From Candidatus Eiseniibacteriota bacterium (GTDB lineage Bacteria; Eisenbacteria; RBG-16-71-46; JABDJR01), in contig CAVXKA010000002.1 of NCBI GenBank assembly GCA_963762255.1, positions 352,001-416,000 on the forward strand: a DNA stretch of 64,000 nucleotides, written 5' to 3'. Position 1 is the stretch's first letter, and the number at the start of each line of letters is the position of its first letter. The notes beneath the pieces were generated by a model. It made no database searches. It was not told where the DNA came from and was given only the letters and a program-made list of their open reading frames with translations. A program made the translations under genes and the position numbers. Positions 9,596 through 19,420 of this stretch are shown here, piece by piece.

Positions 9596-9627
9596 GAGCG
9601 GGCGTCGCGTCACCGCGCGACGCGTGC

Positions 9628-11280
9628 TTATCCGCGCTTTTTGCGCGATGCCTTTCGCACAGCGCGCGGTGCGGGCACGGTCGCTGCCGGCTTCGCTGCA
9701 CCGACGTTGCTGGCGGGCAGGGAGCGCAGCGAAGTCCGCGGCCCAGGCTTCGGTCCCTGGCCCGCGGGCTTCTTCCAACGGGTCAGGAACTCGGCGAGGA
9801 GCCGCACTCCGGCCCCGGTGCCGCCCAGCCCCATGATCGGACCCGGCTTCTCGTTCCAGGCCGTCCCCGCGATATCGAGATGAGCCCAGCGGTAGCCGTT
9901 GGTGAAGGCGCCCAGGAATGCCGCCGCAGTGATCGCGCCGCCGGGGCGACCGGCCGTGTTCTTGATGTCGGCGACGTCGCTCTTGACCATGTCGCGGTAT
10001 TCCGGCCAGAGAGGGAGCGGCCACGCGCGATCGCCGGAGGCCTCAGCCGCCTTGTACACCTCGTCCAGGAGCCACTCGTCGTTGGCCAGGACCCCGGACG
10101 CGGAGGAACCGAGCGCAATCACGCACGCTCCGGTGAGCGTCGCGAGATCGATCACGGCGTCCGGCTTGAACCGCTCGGCGTAGGCGAGAGCGTCGCAGAG
10201 GATGAGCCGTCCCTCGGCGTCGGTGTTCTTCACCTCGATCGTGACTCCGGCCATCGACGTCAGGATGTCGCCCGGCTTGTAGGCATCGCCATCGGGCATG
10301 TTGAACGCGGCGGGAACGATGCCGACGACCCGCAGCGGGATCTTGTTCTCGGCCACGAACCGCATGGTTCCCAGGACCGCCGCGCCGCCGCCCATGTCGA
10401 ACTTCATGAGCTCCATCGCCTCTCCCGGCTTGAGAGAGATGCCGCCGGTGTCGAAGGTGATGGCTTTCCCCACCAGGCACACCGTGCCGCGGGAGCGCGC
10501 CGGCTCGTGTTCCATGATGATGAACTTGGGCGGTGCGGCCGCGCCGCGCGCGACTCCGAGGAAGGCGCCCATGCCCAGCTTCTCGCAGTCCGCCTTCTCC
10601 AGCACCTTCACCTTGAAGCCGAACTGCCGGCCCAGACGCTTGGCGGTCTCCGCCAAATACGCGGGGGTGACTTCATTGCTGGGGCCGTTGCCGAGCTCGC
10701 GGGCCTCGTTGACCGCGTTCCCGATGCTCAGCCCAAGCGCGGCGCCCTCGCGGATCGCCTTCACCTTGGACGCCAGCTTCTCCACCACGGTCAGTTGCTC
10801 GAGCAGGAGCGGCTCCGCGCGACCGTCGCGGAAGTAGTTGTCGTAGCGGTAGAGCCCGTAGAGGAGCCCCTCGATGAGAGCCTGCGATACCTCGCGCGCG
10901 GGCTTGCCCGACTCGCCGCCATGCAGCACGGTGGCCGCCCGCTTCACCTTGAGCTTGCGGAGCACGCCGGCGAGGGTCCCGCCGAGCCGGCGAATCCCCT
11001 CGAGATCGAGCGCGTCCGCCTTGCCCAACCCCATCACCACCACGCGCTCCGGGACGCCCCGTCCCGAGACCGCGGGATAGAGAACCATGGCCTCCCCCGC
11101 CGATCCCTTGAAGTCGCCGGACGCGAGGGCGCGGGCGATGACTCCGCCCGCCGCGGCGTCCACCGCCGCGGTGGCCCCCGTCGGGTTCTTCGCCCCTTCG
11201 TAGAGGTTCACCACGACCACGGGACCACCGACATGCGCGATGTCCCCCTGCTCCACGCTCAGCTTGAACTTAACTTCCAT
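9628..11280 (-). CDS. pepA: Leucyl aminopeptidase (M17) with basic C-terminal tail
   Basis: VGKAITFDTGG, MKFDMGG, NTDAEGRL, ATLTGA, HLDIAG. ATG at 11280 with GAGGAGG RBS. Confidence 0.95.
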   Translation of the reverse strand: MEVKFKLSVEQGDIAHVGGPVVVVNLYEGAKNPTGATAAVDAAAGGVIARALASGDFKGSAGEAMVLYPAVSGRGVPERVVVMGLGKADALDLEGIRRLGGTLAGVLRKLKVKRAATVLHGGESGKPAREVSQALIEGLLYGLYRYDNYFRDGRAEPLLLEQLTVVEKLASKVKAIREGAALGLSIGNAVNEARELGNGPSNEVTPAYLAETAKRLGRQFGFKVKVLEKADCEKLGMGAFLGVARGAAAPPKFIIMEHEPARSRGTVCLVGKAITFDTGGISLKPGEAMELMKFDMGGGAAVLGTMRFVAENKIPLRVVGIVPAAFNMPDGDAYKPGDILTSMAGVTIEVKNTDAEGRLILCDALAYAERFKPDAVIDLATLTGACVIALGSSASGVLANDEWLLDEVYKAAEASGDRAWPLPLWPEYRDMVKSDVADIKNTAGRPGGAITAAAFLGAFTNGYRWAHLDIAGTAWNEKPGPIMGLGGTGAGVRLLAEFLTRWKKPAGQGPKPGPRTSLRSLPASNVGAAKPAATVPAPRAVRKASRKKRG

Positions 11281-14164
11281 CGCCTCCTCCTCGGGGCCGG
11301 CGCCGTGCGCGCCCCTCTGTGACCTGGGTCTTCCCGCGCGGCCGTGCCGCCGAACCGAACTCCTCCGCCAACGCGCGCCCGGTGTGGGAGGCCGCGGCCT
11401 TCGCGATCTCCTCGGGCGTTCCTTGAGCCACCACGCGCCCACCGCCGTCCCCGCCTTCGGGTCCGAGGTCGATGATGTGGTCGGCCGTCTTGATCACGTC
11501 CAGGTTATGCTCGATGACCACCACCGTATTGCCTCGATCCACGAGGCGATTCAACACCGCGAGAAGCTGGCGCACATCGTGAATGTGAAGCCCGGTGGTG
11601 GGCTCGTCGAGAATGTAAAGCGTCTTTCCCGTAGCGACCTTGGCCAGCTCCGAGGAGAGCTTCATGCGCTGCGCCTCGCCTCCGGAGAGGGTCGTGGCCG
11701 GCTGGCCCAGGTGAATGTAGCCCAAACCCACCCCTTGCAACACGTCCAACCGCCGGCGCACGGTGGGGATCGCGGCCAGGAACTCCGCCGCCTCGTCCAC
11801 CGTCATTTCCAGCACGTCATGCACGGTCTTGCCCTTGAACGTGATCTCCAGGGTTTCGCGATTGTACCGTCTCCCGTGACAACTGTCGCATCGCACGTAC
11901 ACATCGGGGAGGAAGTGCATCTCGATCTTCACGACCCCGTCCCCCGCGCAGGCTTCGCAGCGCCCCCCCTTCACGTTGAACGAGAACCGACCCGGCTTGT
12001 ACCCCCGCACCTTGGCCTCGGGAAGCTCCGCGAACAGGCTGCGGATCTCGGTGAAAATTCCGGTGTACGTCGCGGGATTGGAGCGCGGCGTGCGCCCGAT
12101 CGGGGATTGATCGATCTCCACTACCTTGTCGAGGTGCTGGAGCCCTTCGAGGCGCAGGTGGCGCCCCGCGGGCTCGGAGCCGGAGTGGAAGTGCCGCGCC
12201 GTCGCACGGAACAGGATGTCATTTACAAGCGTGCTCTTGCCCGAGCCGCTCACCCCGGTCACGCAGGTGAACACGCCGAGGGGAAAGTCCACGTCGATCT
12301 TCTTGAGGTTGTTGGCGGCGGCTTCGCGCACCACCAGTGACTTGCCATGCCCCGAGCGCCGTGCGGCGGGAAGCGGGATGGCGTCCCGTCGCGAGAGATA
12401 CCGGCCGGTGAGCGAGGTCGGGTGCGTCTCGATTTCGGCGGGAGTGCCTTCGGCGACCACTTCGCCCCCGAGCTTCCCCGCCCCGGGACCGAGATCCACG
12501 ATCCAGTCCGCCGCGCGCATGGTGTCGAGGTCATGCTCGACCACGAGCACCGTGTTTCCCAGATCCCGCATGGCGAGCAGGGTGCGCAGCAGCCGCTGGT
12601 TGTCGCGATGGTGGAGCCCGATCGAGGGCTCGTCGAGAACATAGAGCACTCCCATGAGGCGCGAGCCGACCTGGGTGGCGAGGCGGATGCGCTGGGCCTC
12701 GCCGCCGGAGAGCGTCGACGCGTTGCGGTCCAGCGTCAGGTACTCGAGCCCCACGTCGGCCATGAACCGCAGGCGCTGGCGGATCTCCTTGAGCACCTGC
12801 ACGCCGATCTTCGCCTCGCGCTCGGTGAGCTGGAGCGTGTCCACCCACGCGATCGCATCCTGGACCGCGAGCCGCACCACGTCGTGGATGGAGCGCTCGT
12901 GCACGCGAACGGCCAGGGTCTCCGGCTTGAGGCGTGCGCCGCCGCATGCGCGGCAATCGGTGGAGGCCATGTAGGCCTGGACCTGTTCGCGAACGAGTTC
13001 GCTCGTGGACTCGCGGTAGCGGCGCATGAGACCGGGGATGACCCCGCGCCACTCCTTCTTGTACTTCATGCTGAAGCGCGAGTCCTGATACTGGACGTCG
13101 ATCTCCTTGCCGCCCGCGCCCTGGAGCACCACCTGCCGGACTTTGGCCGGCAGCTTCTTCCACGGCGCGTCGAGGTCGATCCGATATGCCTTGGCCAGGG
13201 CCTTGATCTGCGAACCGAGCCAGAGAGAATCGACGCGGGTACCGTACGGGGCGATCGCGCCCTCGTTGATCGAGAGATCCGGGTTGGGGACGACGCGCTC
13301 GGGATCGATCTCCATCCGCGTCCCCAGACCGTCGCACTCGGGGCACGCGCCGTAGGGAGAGTTGAAGGAGAACATGCGCGGCTCGAGATCGGGATAGGAG
13401 AGACCGCAGGCCACGCACACCGCGTGCTCGTTCAGCACGCGGTCCTCCGCGCCGTCCACGACGACGGTGACCAGTCCACCCGAGAGCCCGAGGGCGGTCT
13501 CGATGGAGTCGGTGAGGCGCTGGCGTTGAGCGGCGTCGGGCTTGAGCCGGTCCACGACGATCTCGATGGTGTGCTTGCGCTTCTTGTCGAGCGCGGGGGC
13601 GGACTCGATCTCGACCCACGCGCCGTCGATGCGCGCGCGCAAGAACCCCTCGCGCTTCAGCTCGGCCAGCTCGGCGCGATACTCCCCTTTCCGTCCCCTC
13701 AGGATGGGAGCGAGGACTTGCGTGCGTTTGCCGGCGGCGGAGGCGAGTACGCCGTCGGCCATCTCTTGGACGGTCTGCCGGCTGATGGGGCGGTCGCACC
13801 GCGTGCAAAACTGCTTGCCCACCCGGGCGAAGAGCAGCCGGAGGTAGTCGTAGATTTCGGTGGCGGTGGCCACGGTGGAGCGGGGGTTGCGGGCGGCGGT
13901 GCGCTGCTCGATGGAGATGGCGGGCGAGAGGCCGTCGATGTGGTCGACGTCCGGCTTCTCCATCTGGCCGAGGAACTGCCGAGCGTAGGCGGAAAGGCTC
14001 TCCACGTAGCGCCGTTGCCCCTCGGCGTAGATGGTGTCGAACGCCAGGCTCGACTTGCCCGAGCCGCTCACCCCGGTGATTACCACCAGCCGGTCGCGGG
14101 GAATCTCCAGGGAGATGTTCTTGAGGTTGTGCTCGCGGGCTCCGCGAATGGAGATGGTCGCCAT
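11270..14164 (-). CDS. uvrA: Excinuclease ABC subunit A
   Basis: GAREHNLKN, two GVSGSGKS Walker A motifs, two LSGGEAQR signatures, zinc-finger Cys pairs. Start MATISIRG at 14164. Confidence 0.97.
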   Translation of the reverse strand: MATISIRGAREHNLKNISLEIPRDRLVVITGVSGSGKSSLAFDTIYAEGQRRYVESLSAYARQFLGQMEKPDVDHIDGLSPAISIEQRTAARNPRSTVATATEIYDYLRLLFARVGKQFCTRCDRPISRQTVQEMADGVLASAAGKRTQVLAPILRGRKGEYRAELAELKREGFLRARIDGAWVEIESAPALDKKRKHTIEIVVDRLKPDAAQRQRLTDSIETALGLSGGLVTVVVDGAEDRVLNEHAVCVACGLSYPDLEPRMFSFNSPYGACPECDGLGTRMEIDPERVVPNPDLSINEGAIAPYGTRVDSLWLGSQIKALAKAYRIDLDAPWKKLPAKVRQVVLQGAGGKEIDVQYQDSRFSMKYKKEWRGVIPGLMRRYRESTSELVREQVQAYMASTDCRACGGARLKPETLAVRVHERSIHDVVRLAVQDAIAWVDTLQLTEREAKIGVQVLKEIRQRLRFMADVGLEYLTLDRNASTLSGGEAQRIRLATQVGSRLMGVLYVLDEPSIGLHHRDNQRLLRTLLAMRDLGNTVLVVEHDLDTMRAADWIVDLGPGAGKLGGEVVAEGTPAEIETHPTSLTGRYLSRRDAIPLPAARRSGHGKSLVVREAAANNLKKIDVDFPLGVFTCVTGVSGSGKSTLVNDILFRATARHFHSGSEPAGRHLRLEGLQHLDKVVEIDQSPIGRTPRSNPATYTGIFTEIRSLFAELPEAKVRGYKPGRFSFNVKGGRCEACAGDGVVKIEMHFLPDVYVRCDSCHGRRYNRETLEITFKGKTVHDVLEMTVDEAAEFLAAIPTVRRRLDVLQGVGLGYIHLGQPATTLSGGEAQRMKLSSELAKVATGKTLYILDEPTTGLHIHDVRQLLAVLNRLVDRGNTVVVIEHNLDVIKTADHIIDLGPEGGDGGGRVVAQGTPEEIAKAAASHTGRALAEEFGSAARPRGKTQVTEGRARRRPRGGGDGS

Positions 14165-14204
14165 GGTTCTGCCTGGGGAAGGGGTCGGGAATGGAGAGCG
14201 ATAG

Positions 14205-14233
14205 AGGCTAGGACGCGTCCGGAGCGGTGTCAA
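14205..14233 (-). promoter_or_regulatory. sigma70 promoter for uvrA-pepA
   Basis: Minus strand TTGACA-N17-TAGCCT. Confidence 0.65.
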
Positions 14234-14250
14234 GGAAGCCCAACTGCTCG

Positions 14251-14279
14251 TTGACGCTCGCCATCTCGGGGCCTACCAT
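14251..14279 (+). promoter_or_regulatory. sigma70 promoter for the dikinase-like/maeB-like operon
   Basis: TTGACG-N17-TACCAT, back-to-back with the uvrA promoter. Confidence 0.65.
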
Positions 14280-14326
14280 CGGCTCCGTACCGCCGGAGCG
14301 GATGCATCCCGCCACGGGGTTCGAGG

Positions 14327-17300
14327 GTGACTGAGAAACCGGGGCGGGAAACCGTCCCTTTGCACGCGCATCCGGGCACGGAACAGGCCGCCGTCGCCGG
14401 GCTCGTCGCATCGATCGTCGCGCAGTGCGCGGCGGCGATGGGCCGGCCCGAGCGCGTCGTCGAGGATTGCCGACGTCTCCGCGCGCTCCTCCCCGCTTCA
14501 CCCGCGGACTGGCCTCTCCCCGAGTTGGAGCCGCTCTTCCCTCTGCCGGCGGCCAAGTCCACCGAGTTCGCGGCGCCGGTCTGCGCGCTGATCGAGGAAG
14601 CGGCGGCCGCGATCGCCTCGCCGTGGCCCTTCTTCGACGCGCTTCTCGCCGCGCGCGACCCTGACCTCGCCGGCCGCGCCCTCGATCTCCTCGCCCGCCG
14701 CGCTCGAGACGCATCGCTGGCGATAGAACCCGAGCGGCTGCGCCGCCTTGCCGCGCGCGTCGAGGCCGAAGGCTCGCCGCTCGTCACGCCCTGCGCGCTC
14801 GACGCGCTGGGCGCGATCCTCGCCGCCGCCCGGCCCGCGCCGGCGCACGTCGCGGACGCCGCGCAAACGTTCTTCTTCGAAGCCGCCGACCCTCTCGTTC
14901 GCCGGCTTGCCGCGCGCGTGCTGGATCGATCGGGGGAACCCGCGCCGCGGGAGACCGCGATCCGTGCGCTGGGCGCCGAGGCGTTCGCGTTCCTCCACCC
15001 GTACCTCGAGTTCACGCGGGCCTCCCATCGCGATCTCCTGGAGCTCGCCTCGTCGCCGGGCGTGGTTCCCTCGCTCGCATCGCTCCAACGCGCGGAAGCG
15101 CTCGCCGGCGAGAGCGTGCTTCGCGAGGTGATCGCCCGGCTGGGCTGGCCGCACCTCAACCTGGGTCTCGAGGTCGATGCGCAGGTCGCGATCGCGCTCC
15201 CCGGCACCTTCCCGTTCCTGGTCGCCCGCGAGGAGGCGCCCTACTTCGCGGCGCTCGCGGGGGTCGAGCCGGTTCGGGAGTTGACGCTCTTCATCGCGCA
15301 CGGTGGGACGACCGGCGCCGAGGGCGCGACGGAGGATTCGGGAGGTACCGTCGCGCGCTTCCGCGGGTACAACCTCGCTCATGCCGAGGCGCTCGCCGAC
15401 ATCCTCGATCTCGCCCCGCTCACCCGCGAGAAGAGCGTGCGCATCCTCGACCGAATGGACCGCATCGTGGAGGACTTCACCGCCCTCTTCGCCCGTCACT
15501 CCGACGAGTGCGCGCGGCTCCCCGATGCGTATCGCGAACTGCGCGGCCGCGTGACGGCGGAGCTCGATCGCGACGACGGCGATACGACGCTGTCCACCGA
15601 GCTGACCCGCCTCGTGCAGATGTTCGAGGATCCGCGCTCGCTCGACGAGGTGCGCACGCTCCACGGTCTCAAGCGATACCTGCACCAGCGGGGTTTGCGA
15701 CTGGGCTTCCGATTGGTGGAGACCTCCCGGGCGACCAATCGCAGGGTCCACATCCTCCTTGCCGACCCGGACGGGCTGCGCCGCGAGTGTCCCGAGATTC
15801 GATACGTGGATTTCGAGCCGCCGGTCTCCGAGGGAGAATCGCAGATTCCGTTTCCGGTGCGCGTGGCGGTAGAAGGGTTCTCGCGACAGCTCATGCGCGG
15901 TCAGAGCGCGTTTCCGGGGCTTAGCGTGTTCTGCTACGGAAACGAGGTGCACTACTACCTCGCCTTCGGCAATCACCCGGCGTTCCTGCGCATCGACTAC
16001 TCCCCGCCTCTCCAGGGAGGCATGATCGATCTCGAGTACTTCGGGGTCAGCAAGTCCGAGCTCAATCAGCATCCCGATCCGGAACTCACCGCGCTGCGGG
16101 CCTGCTTTCGCCGCCTCGACTTCGATGTGCAGGTGGAGAGCACCCACGTGCGGGCGCGCTACGACAAGGAGCGGGCCCTCGACCTGGGGGCGATCTGCGA
16201 GAAGGCGGGCGCGCTCTTCCGCCTCGCCCCTCACCTCATGGACGTGGATTGGGCGGTGGGAGGACTGCGTCTGTCGGCGGACGCGCGCGGCAAGGTCGCC
16301 GAGGCCTGGGCCGACTTCCTGGCTCGCTGGGGAAGCCTGCCCAGCGATCGTTTCCTGACCGGCGACCGCCAAGGGATTCTGGTGGGCTTGGTGCGCGCGC
16401 CGGGGGGCCCGCGGGAGCTGGTGTGGAGCGGCGAAGGCGCGTACCAGGACCGCTTCTCGTCCCCTTTCCCCCCCGAGGCCTGGGCGCGGTGGCAGGAAGC
16501 GATCCGCGGGTTGGGGTTGGAGAGGCCGGTATCGGTCCCTGATGTCGATCGGCGCTACGCGCAACTCCGGTTCGAGCACGAGTTCCTGACCCCGCTGCGC
16601 GCGGCGAAGGCGCGCGGGCAGATCGTCGCCGAGGAGGGTACCCATCGCCGCGCCGCGGCCGACCGTTTCCGCCTCGAGCACGAGGCCGAGATCTTCGCTC
16701 GCCTTCTCGCCGGGCCCTCGGCGGCGCTCACCGGCGCGATCGCGCTGGCGCGCCTGGTGAGCCCCCTCGAGCGCACCCTGCGCTTCCAGACCACCGGCGT
16801 GGTCAACGGCCATGAGGTGCAGCGCGCGCGGCTTCCGCTGCGAGGGGAGGACATCGGCCTGTTCGTGCTGCGCGGACCGCGCGGCATCATCCGCCTCGCG
16901 CTCTACTCGCGCGACGGCGTCCTCTGGAGCCGCCGCGAGGACGCCGGCTCACCCTGGACCTTCAGCGGAGAAACCGATGCCGCGGTCCTCGCCGCGCTCC
17001 TTCGCGCGAACGGCTATCCGCCGCTCCCGTTCGATGGAAGCGCCGTGGACGCGGAAGACACCGAGGATCTCCGCCGGCGCCTGCGCCGGCTGGACCCGGC
17101 CCCGCGCCTGCGAAGCCTCTCCGGCGAGCGCGTGGTCACCGGTCTTCGCGCCTCTCCCGGACGCGCGGTCGGACCCGCGCGGCTTGGGATGGGCGGCCGC
17201 TCCCCCCGCGATTTCGCGGGCGCCATCCTCGTCACCCCGCGCGTGGGCCCCGAGGACAACGCGTTCCTCTTCAGCGCCGCCGCCATCGTCTCGACCGGAG

Positions 17301-19420
17301 GCGGCATCCTGAGCCATGCCGGACTCCTCGCCATCCAATTCCGCAAGCCGGCCCTCATCGTTCCCGGCCGCTGGTCGGTGGAAGCGGACGGCGCCCCGAC
17401 CCTGAGTCTTCCCTGTCTCGAGTACGGCGAGGAGGAGCGCGAGGTCGAGGGCTCGCGCGTCGTCCTGCGCACTGACCTTCAGGAGCGGGAGCACTCCCTG
17501 CGCGAAGGCGATCTGGTCGCGGTGGACGCGGCTGCGGGAACACTGCGCGTGTTGGGGCGCGGCCCCGAGGCGCTGGCGCTCCACGACGGGCTCTGCCGGC
17601 TCGAGGACGCCCGCCGTCGGCTGGCCGGCGATCGTCCCGACGAGGACATCCTCGTCCTGCGCGGCCATCGTCTCAAGGCGCGTCATCAGCTCGCCAAGCT
17701 CGTCGCCCGCTTCACCGATCCCGCACTGGCGCGACATACCGTGGACGAACTCCTTCTGCGCGAACCGCGTCTCGACGATCCCGATCGCGTACCGGAGACC
17801 GCGGCGCTTCTCGCCGCGCTCCTGGCGAACCCGGTGGTGGGGGCGCGCGCGCGCGAGCATGCGGCGGCGCTGACCGAGGATCTCGACCGGCGGCGGCAAG
17901 CCCTGGTGTCGCGGTCGGCGTTCCGCATCCCGACCTCGCGCTCCGCCTACGAGGTACTGCAGCTTCGCCTCGACGCGCTCCGTCTCAGCGAGGCCTTCCG
18001 CGCCGCGCGCGAACTGCTGCCGTCGGCCGAGAGTGCAGGTGTCGGCTCCGGTGCCGACGCAGCCGACCTCGATGCCCTCGCGCTCGAACAGCTCCGCCGG
18101 CTCCTCGCCGGGCGTCTGCGCACCCTGCGCGATCGTTCCTTCGACGACGCGGGACGACCCCGGCGGCGCCATCTCCTGCGGGAGGCCGAGCGGCTCGCCA
18201 AGGTCTGCGGCGGGTCGGAAGGCACCCGGCGCCGGCTGCACGCCGCACGGGCCGGACTCGCGCAGGAGGACGACGCCCGCGTTCGCTCGCTGTCCACCCG
18301 ACGAGTCCTCGGCGCGCCGGACGGCGGATTGGAGCTGCTCCCCCTGGTGGGAGGCAAGGCGGCCAACCTCGCCGAGATCGAGCGCCTGGCCGGATCGCAC
18401 GTCGTGCCGCCGTGGTTCGCGGTCACGCATCACGCTTTCGAGGAGATGCTCGCGTCACCGGTCGCGGTGCGGGCCGCCGGCCTGGAGAGCCTGATCGCCG
18501 GCGCGCACACGCTTCACGAGGCGATCGAGTCGATTCTGGGCCATAGCGAGCTTGGAATAGCACAGCGCGCTGCGGCTATTCGTTTGCTATGGGATCAGAG
18601 CCGCCTGCCCGAGGATCTCGCCGCCGAGATCCTGGAGGCGTGCGCGAAGATCCTCGCCGTCCCCGGCGACGATCAACCTCTCCCCGGTTTCGTGGCCATT
18701 CGCTCCTCCTCCCGCGAAGAGGACGCCGAGGCTGCCGCCCGCGCCGGCGAGTTCGACACGTTTCTCTTCGTGCGCGGGGAAGCCGCGGTGCTGGACCATC
18801 TCAAGCGCGCGTGGAGCGGCCTATGGTCGGAACGGGCCATCCACAACCGGGCCGTCCTCGAGAGTTCCACCGAAAAGGCCGGCGGCGGCATCGTCGTCCA
18901 ACGCATGATCTTTTCGCGGGTCGCCGGCGTCGTGCAGACGGTCAACGTGGCCGAGAACGAACCCCGCGAGTTCGTCATCAACGCCGGCCTCGGTCTCGGG
19001 GAAGGGGTGGTCTCCGGGGCGGTGGCCGCGGACCAGATCGTGGTGGCGCGCGAGGGCGATCTCGAGAAGGGGCCGCTCCGTTTCCGCTACGCCACCGCCG
19101 ACAAGACCGAGCGCGTGGTCCTGAATCGCGAGGCGGGTCTGGGGACACGGCGCGAGGAAACCCTCTACCACCAGCGCCTGCGCCCGGCGCTAGAGTACGT
19201 GGAGCTCTGCGAGCTGGTGCGCGCGGCGGCCCGCCTCGAGGAGGCCTACGGCTATCCCCTCGACCTGGAATTCGGGATCGAGGGAACGCGGCTCTGGATC
19301 CTCCAGGCGCGACCCGTTGCCGTCTTTCACGCTCTCTTGCGGGAGACTCTCGACCGTCGGCCCCTGGCCCCCCGGTCCCGATCACGGATTCCCCGAGCCC
19401 ATGAGGAGATCGCGTCATGA
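14327..19420 (+). CDS. Giant PEP-utiliser/PPDK-family phosphotransferase: unknown N-terminal region, His-swivel domain, C-terminal ATP-grasp
   Basis: GLRASPGRAVG...STGGGILSHAGLLA (His997). From about aa 1342: GGKAANL, AIRSS..EDA...AG.FDT, VQRMI, GLGE.VVSG, DLEFG, LWILQARP. Confidence 0.85.
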   Translation: MTEKPGRETVPLHAHPGTEQAAVAGLVASIVAQCAAAMGRPERVVEDCRRLRALLPASPADWPLPELEPLFPLPAAKSTEFAAPVCALIEEAAAAIASPWPFFDALLAARDPDLAGRALDLLARRARDASLAIEPERLRRLAARVEAEGSPLVTPCALDALGAILAAARPAPAHVADAAQTFFFEAADPLVRRLAARVLDRSGEPAPRETAIRALGAEAFAFLHPYLEFTRASHRDLLELASSPGVVPSLASLQRAEALAGESVLREVIARLGWPHLNLGLEVDAQVAIALPGTFPFLVAREEAPYFAALAGVEPVRELTLFIAHGGTTGAEGATEDSGGTVARFRGYNLAHAEALADILDLAPLTREKSVRILDRMDRIVEDFTALFARHSDECARLPDAYRELRGRVTAELDRDDGDTTLSTELTRLVQMFEDPRSLDEVRTLHGLKRYLHQRGLRLGFRLVETSRATNRRVHILLADPDGLRRECPEIRYVDFEPPVSEGESQIPFPVRVAVEGFSRQLMRGQSAFPGLSVFCYGNEVHYYLAFGNHPAFLRIDYSPPLQGGMIDLEYFGVSKSELNQHPDPELTALRACFRRLDFDVQVESTHVRARYDKERALDLGAICEKAGALFRLAPHLMDVDWAVGGLRLSADARGKVAEAWADFLARWGSLPSDRFLTGDRQGILVGLVRAPGGPRELVWSGEGAYQDRFSSPFPPEAWARWQEAIRGLGLERPVSVPDVDRRYAQLRFEHEFLTPLRAAKARGQIVAEEGTHRRAAADRFRLEHEAEIFARLLAGPSAALTGAIALARLVSPLERTLRFQTTGVVNGHEVQRARLPLRGEDIGLFVLRGPRGIIRLALYSRDGVLWSRREDAGSPWTFSGETDAAVLAALLRANGYPPLPFDGSAVDAEDTEDLRRRLRRLDPAPRLRSLSGERVVTGLRASPGRAVGPARLGMGGRSPRDFAGAILVTPRVGPEDNAFLFSAAAIVSTGGGILSHAGLLAIQFRKPALIVPGRWSVEADGAPTLSLPCLEYGEEEREVEGSRVVLRTDLQEREHSLREGDLVAVDAAAGTLRVLGRGPEALALHDGLCRLEDARRRLAGDRPDEDILVLRGHRLKARHQLAKLVARFTDPALARHTVDELLLREPRLDDPDRVPETAALLAALLANPVVGARAREHAAALTEDLDRRRQALVSRSAFRIPTSRSAYEVLQLRLDALRLSEAFRAARELLPSAESAGVGSGADAADLDALALEQLRRLLAGRLRTLRDRSFDDAGRPRRRHLLREAERLAKVCGGSEGTRRRLHAARAGLAQEDDARVRSLSTRRVLGAPDGGLELLPLVGGKAANLAEIERLAGSHVVPPWFAVTHHAFEEMLASPVAVRAAGLESLIAGAHTLHEAIESILGHSELGIAQRAAAIRLLWDQSRLPEDLAAEILEACAKILAVPGDDQPLPGFVAIRSSSREEDAEAAARAGEFDTFLFVRGEAAVLDHLKRAWSGLWSERAIHNRAVLESSTEKAGGGIVVQRMIFSRVAGVVQTVNVAENEPREFVINAGLGLGEGVVSGAVAADQIVVAREGDLEKGPLRFRYATADKTERVVLNREAGLGTRREETLYHQRLRPALEYVELCELVRAAARLEEAYGYPLDLEFGIEGTRLWILQARPVAVFHALLRETLDRRPLAPRSRSRIPRAHEEIAS

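Noticed and set aside
9340-9627. Glycine riboswitch upstream of gcvT
   Set aside because: No GGAGA...CCGAAG...CTCTCAGG aptamer motifs on the minus strand. The tandem element there is a palindromic repeat.
14327-19420. Calling the giant protein ppsA, ppdK or rifampin phosphotransferase
   Set aside because: Domain order is reversed and no pyruvate-binding barrel is recognisable.
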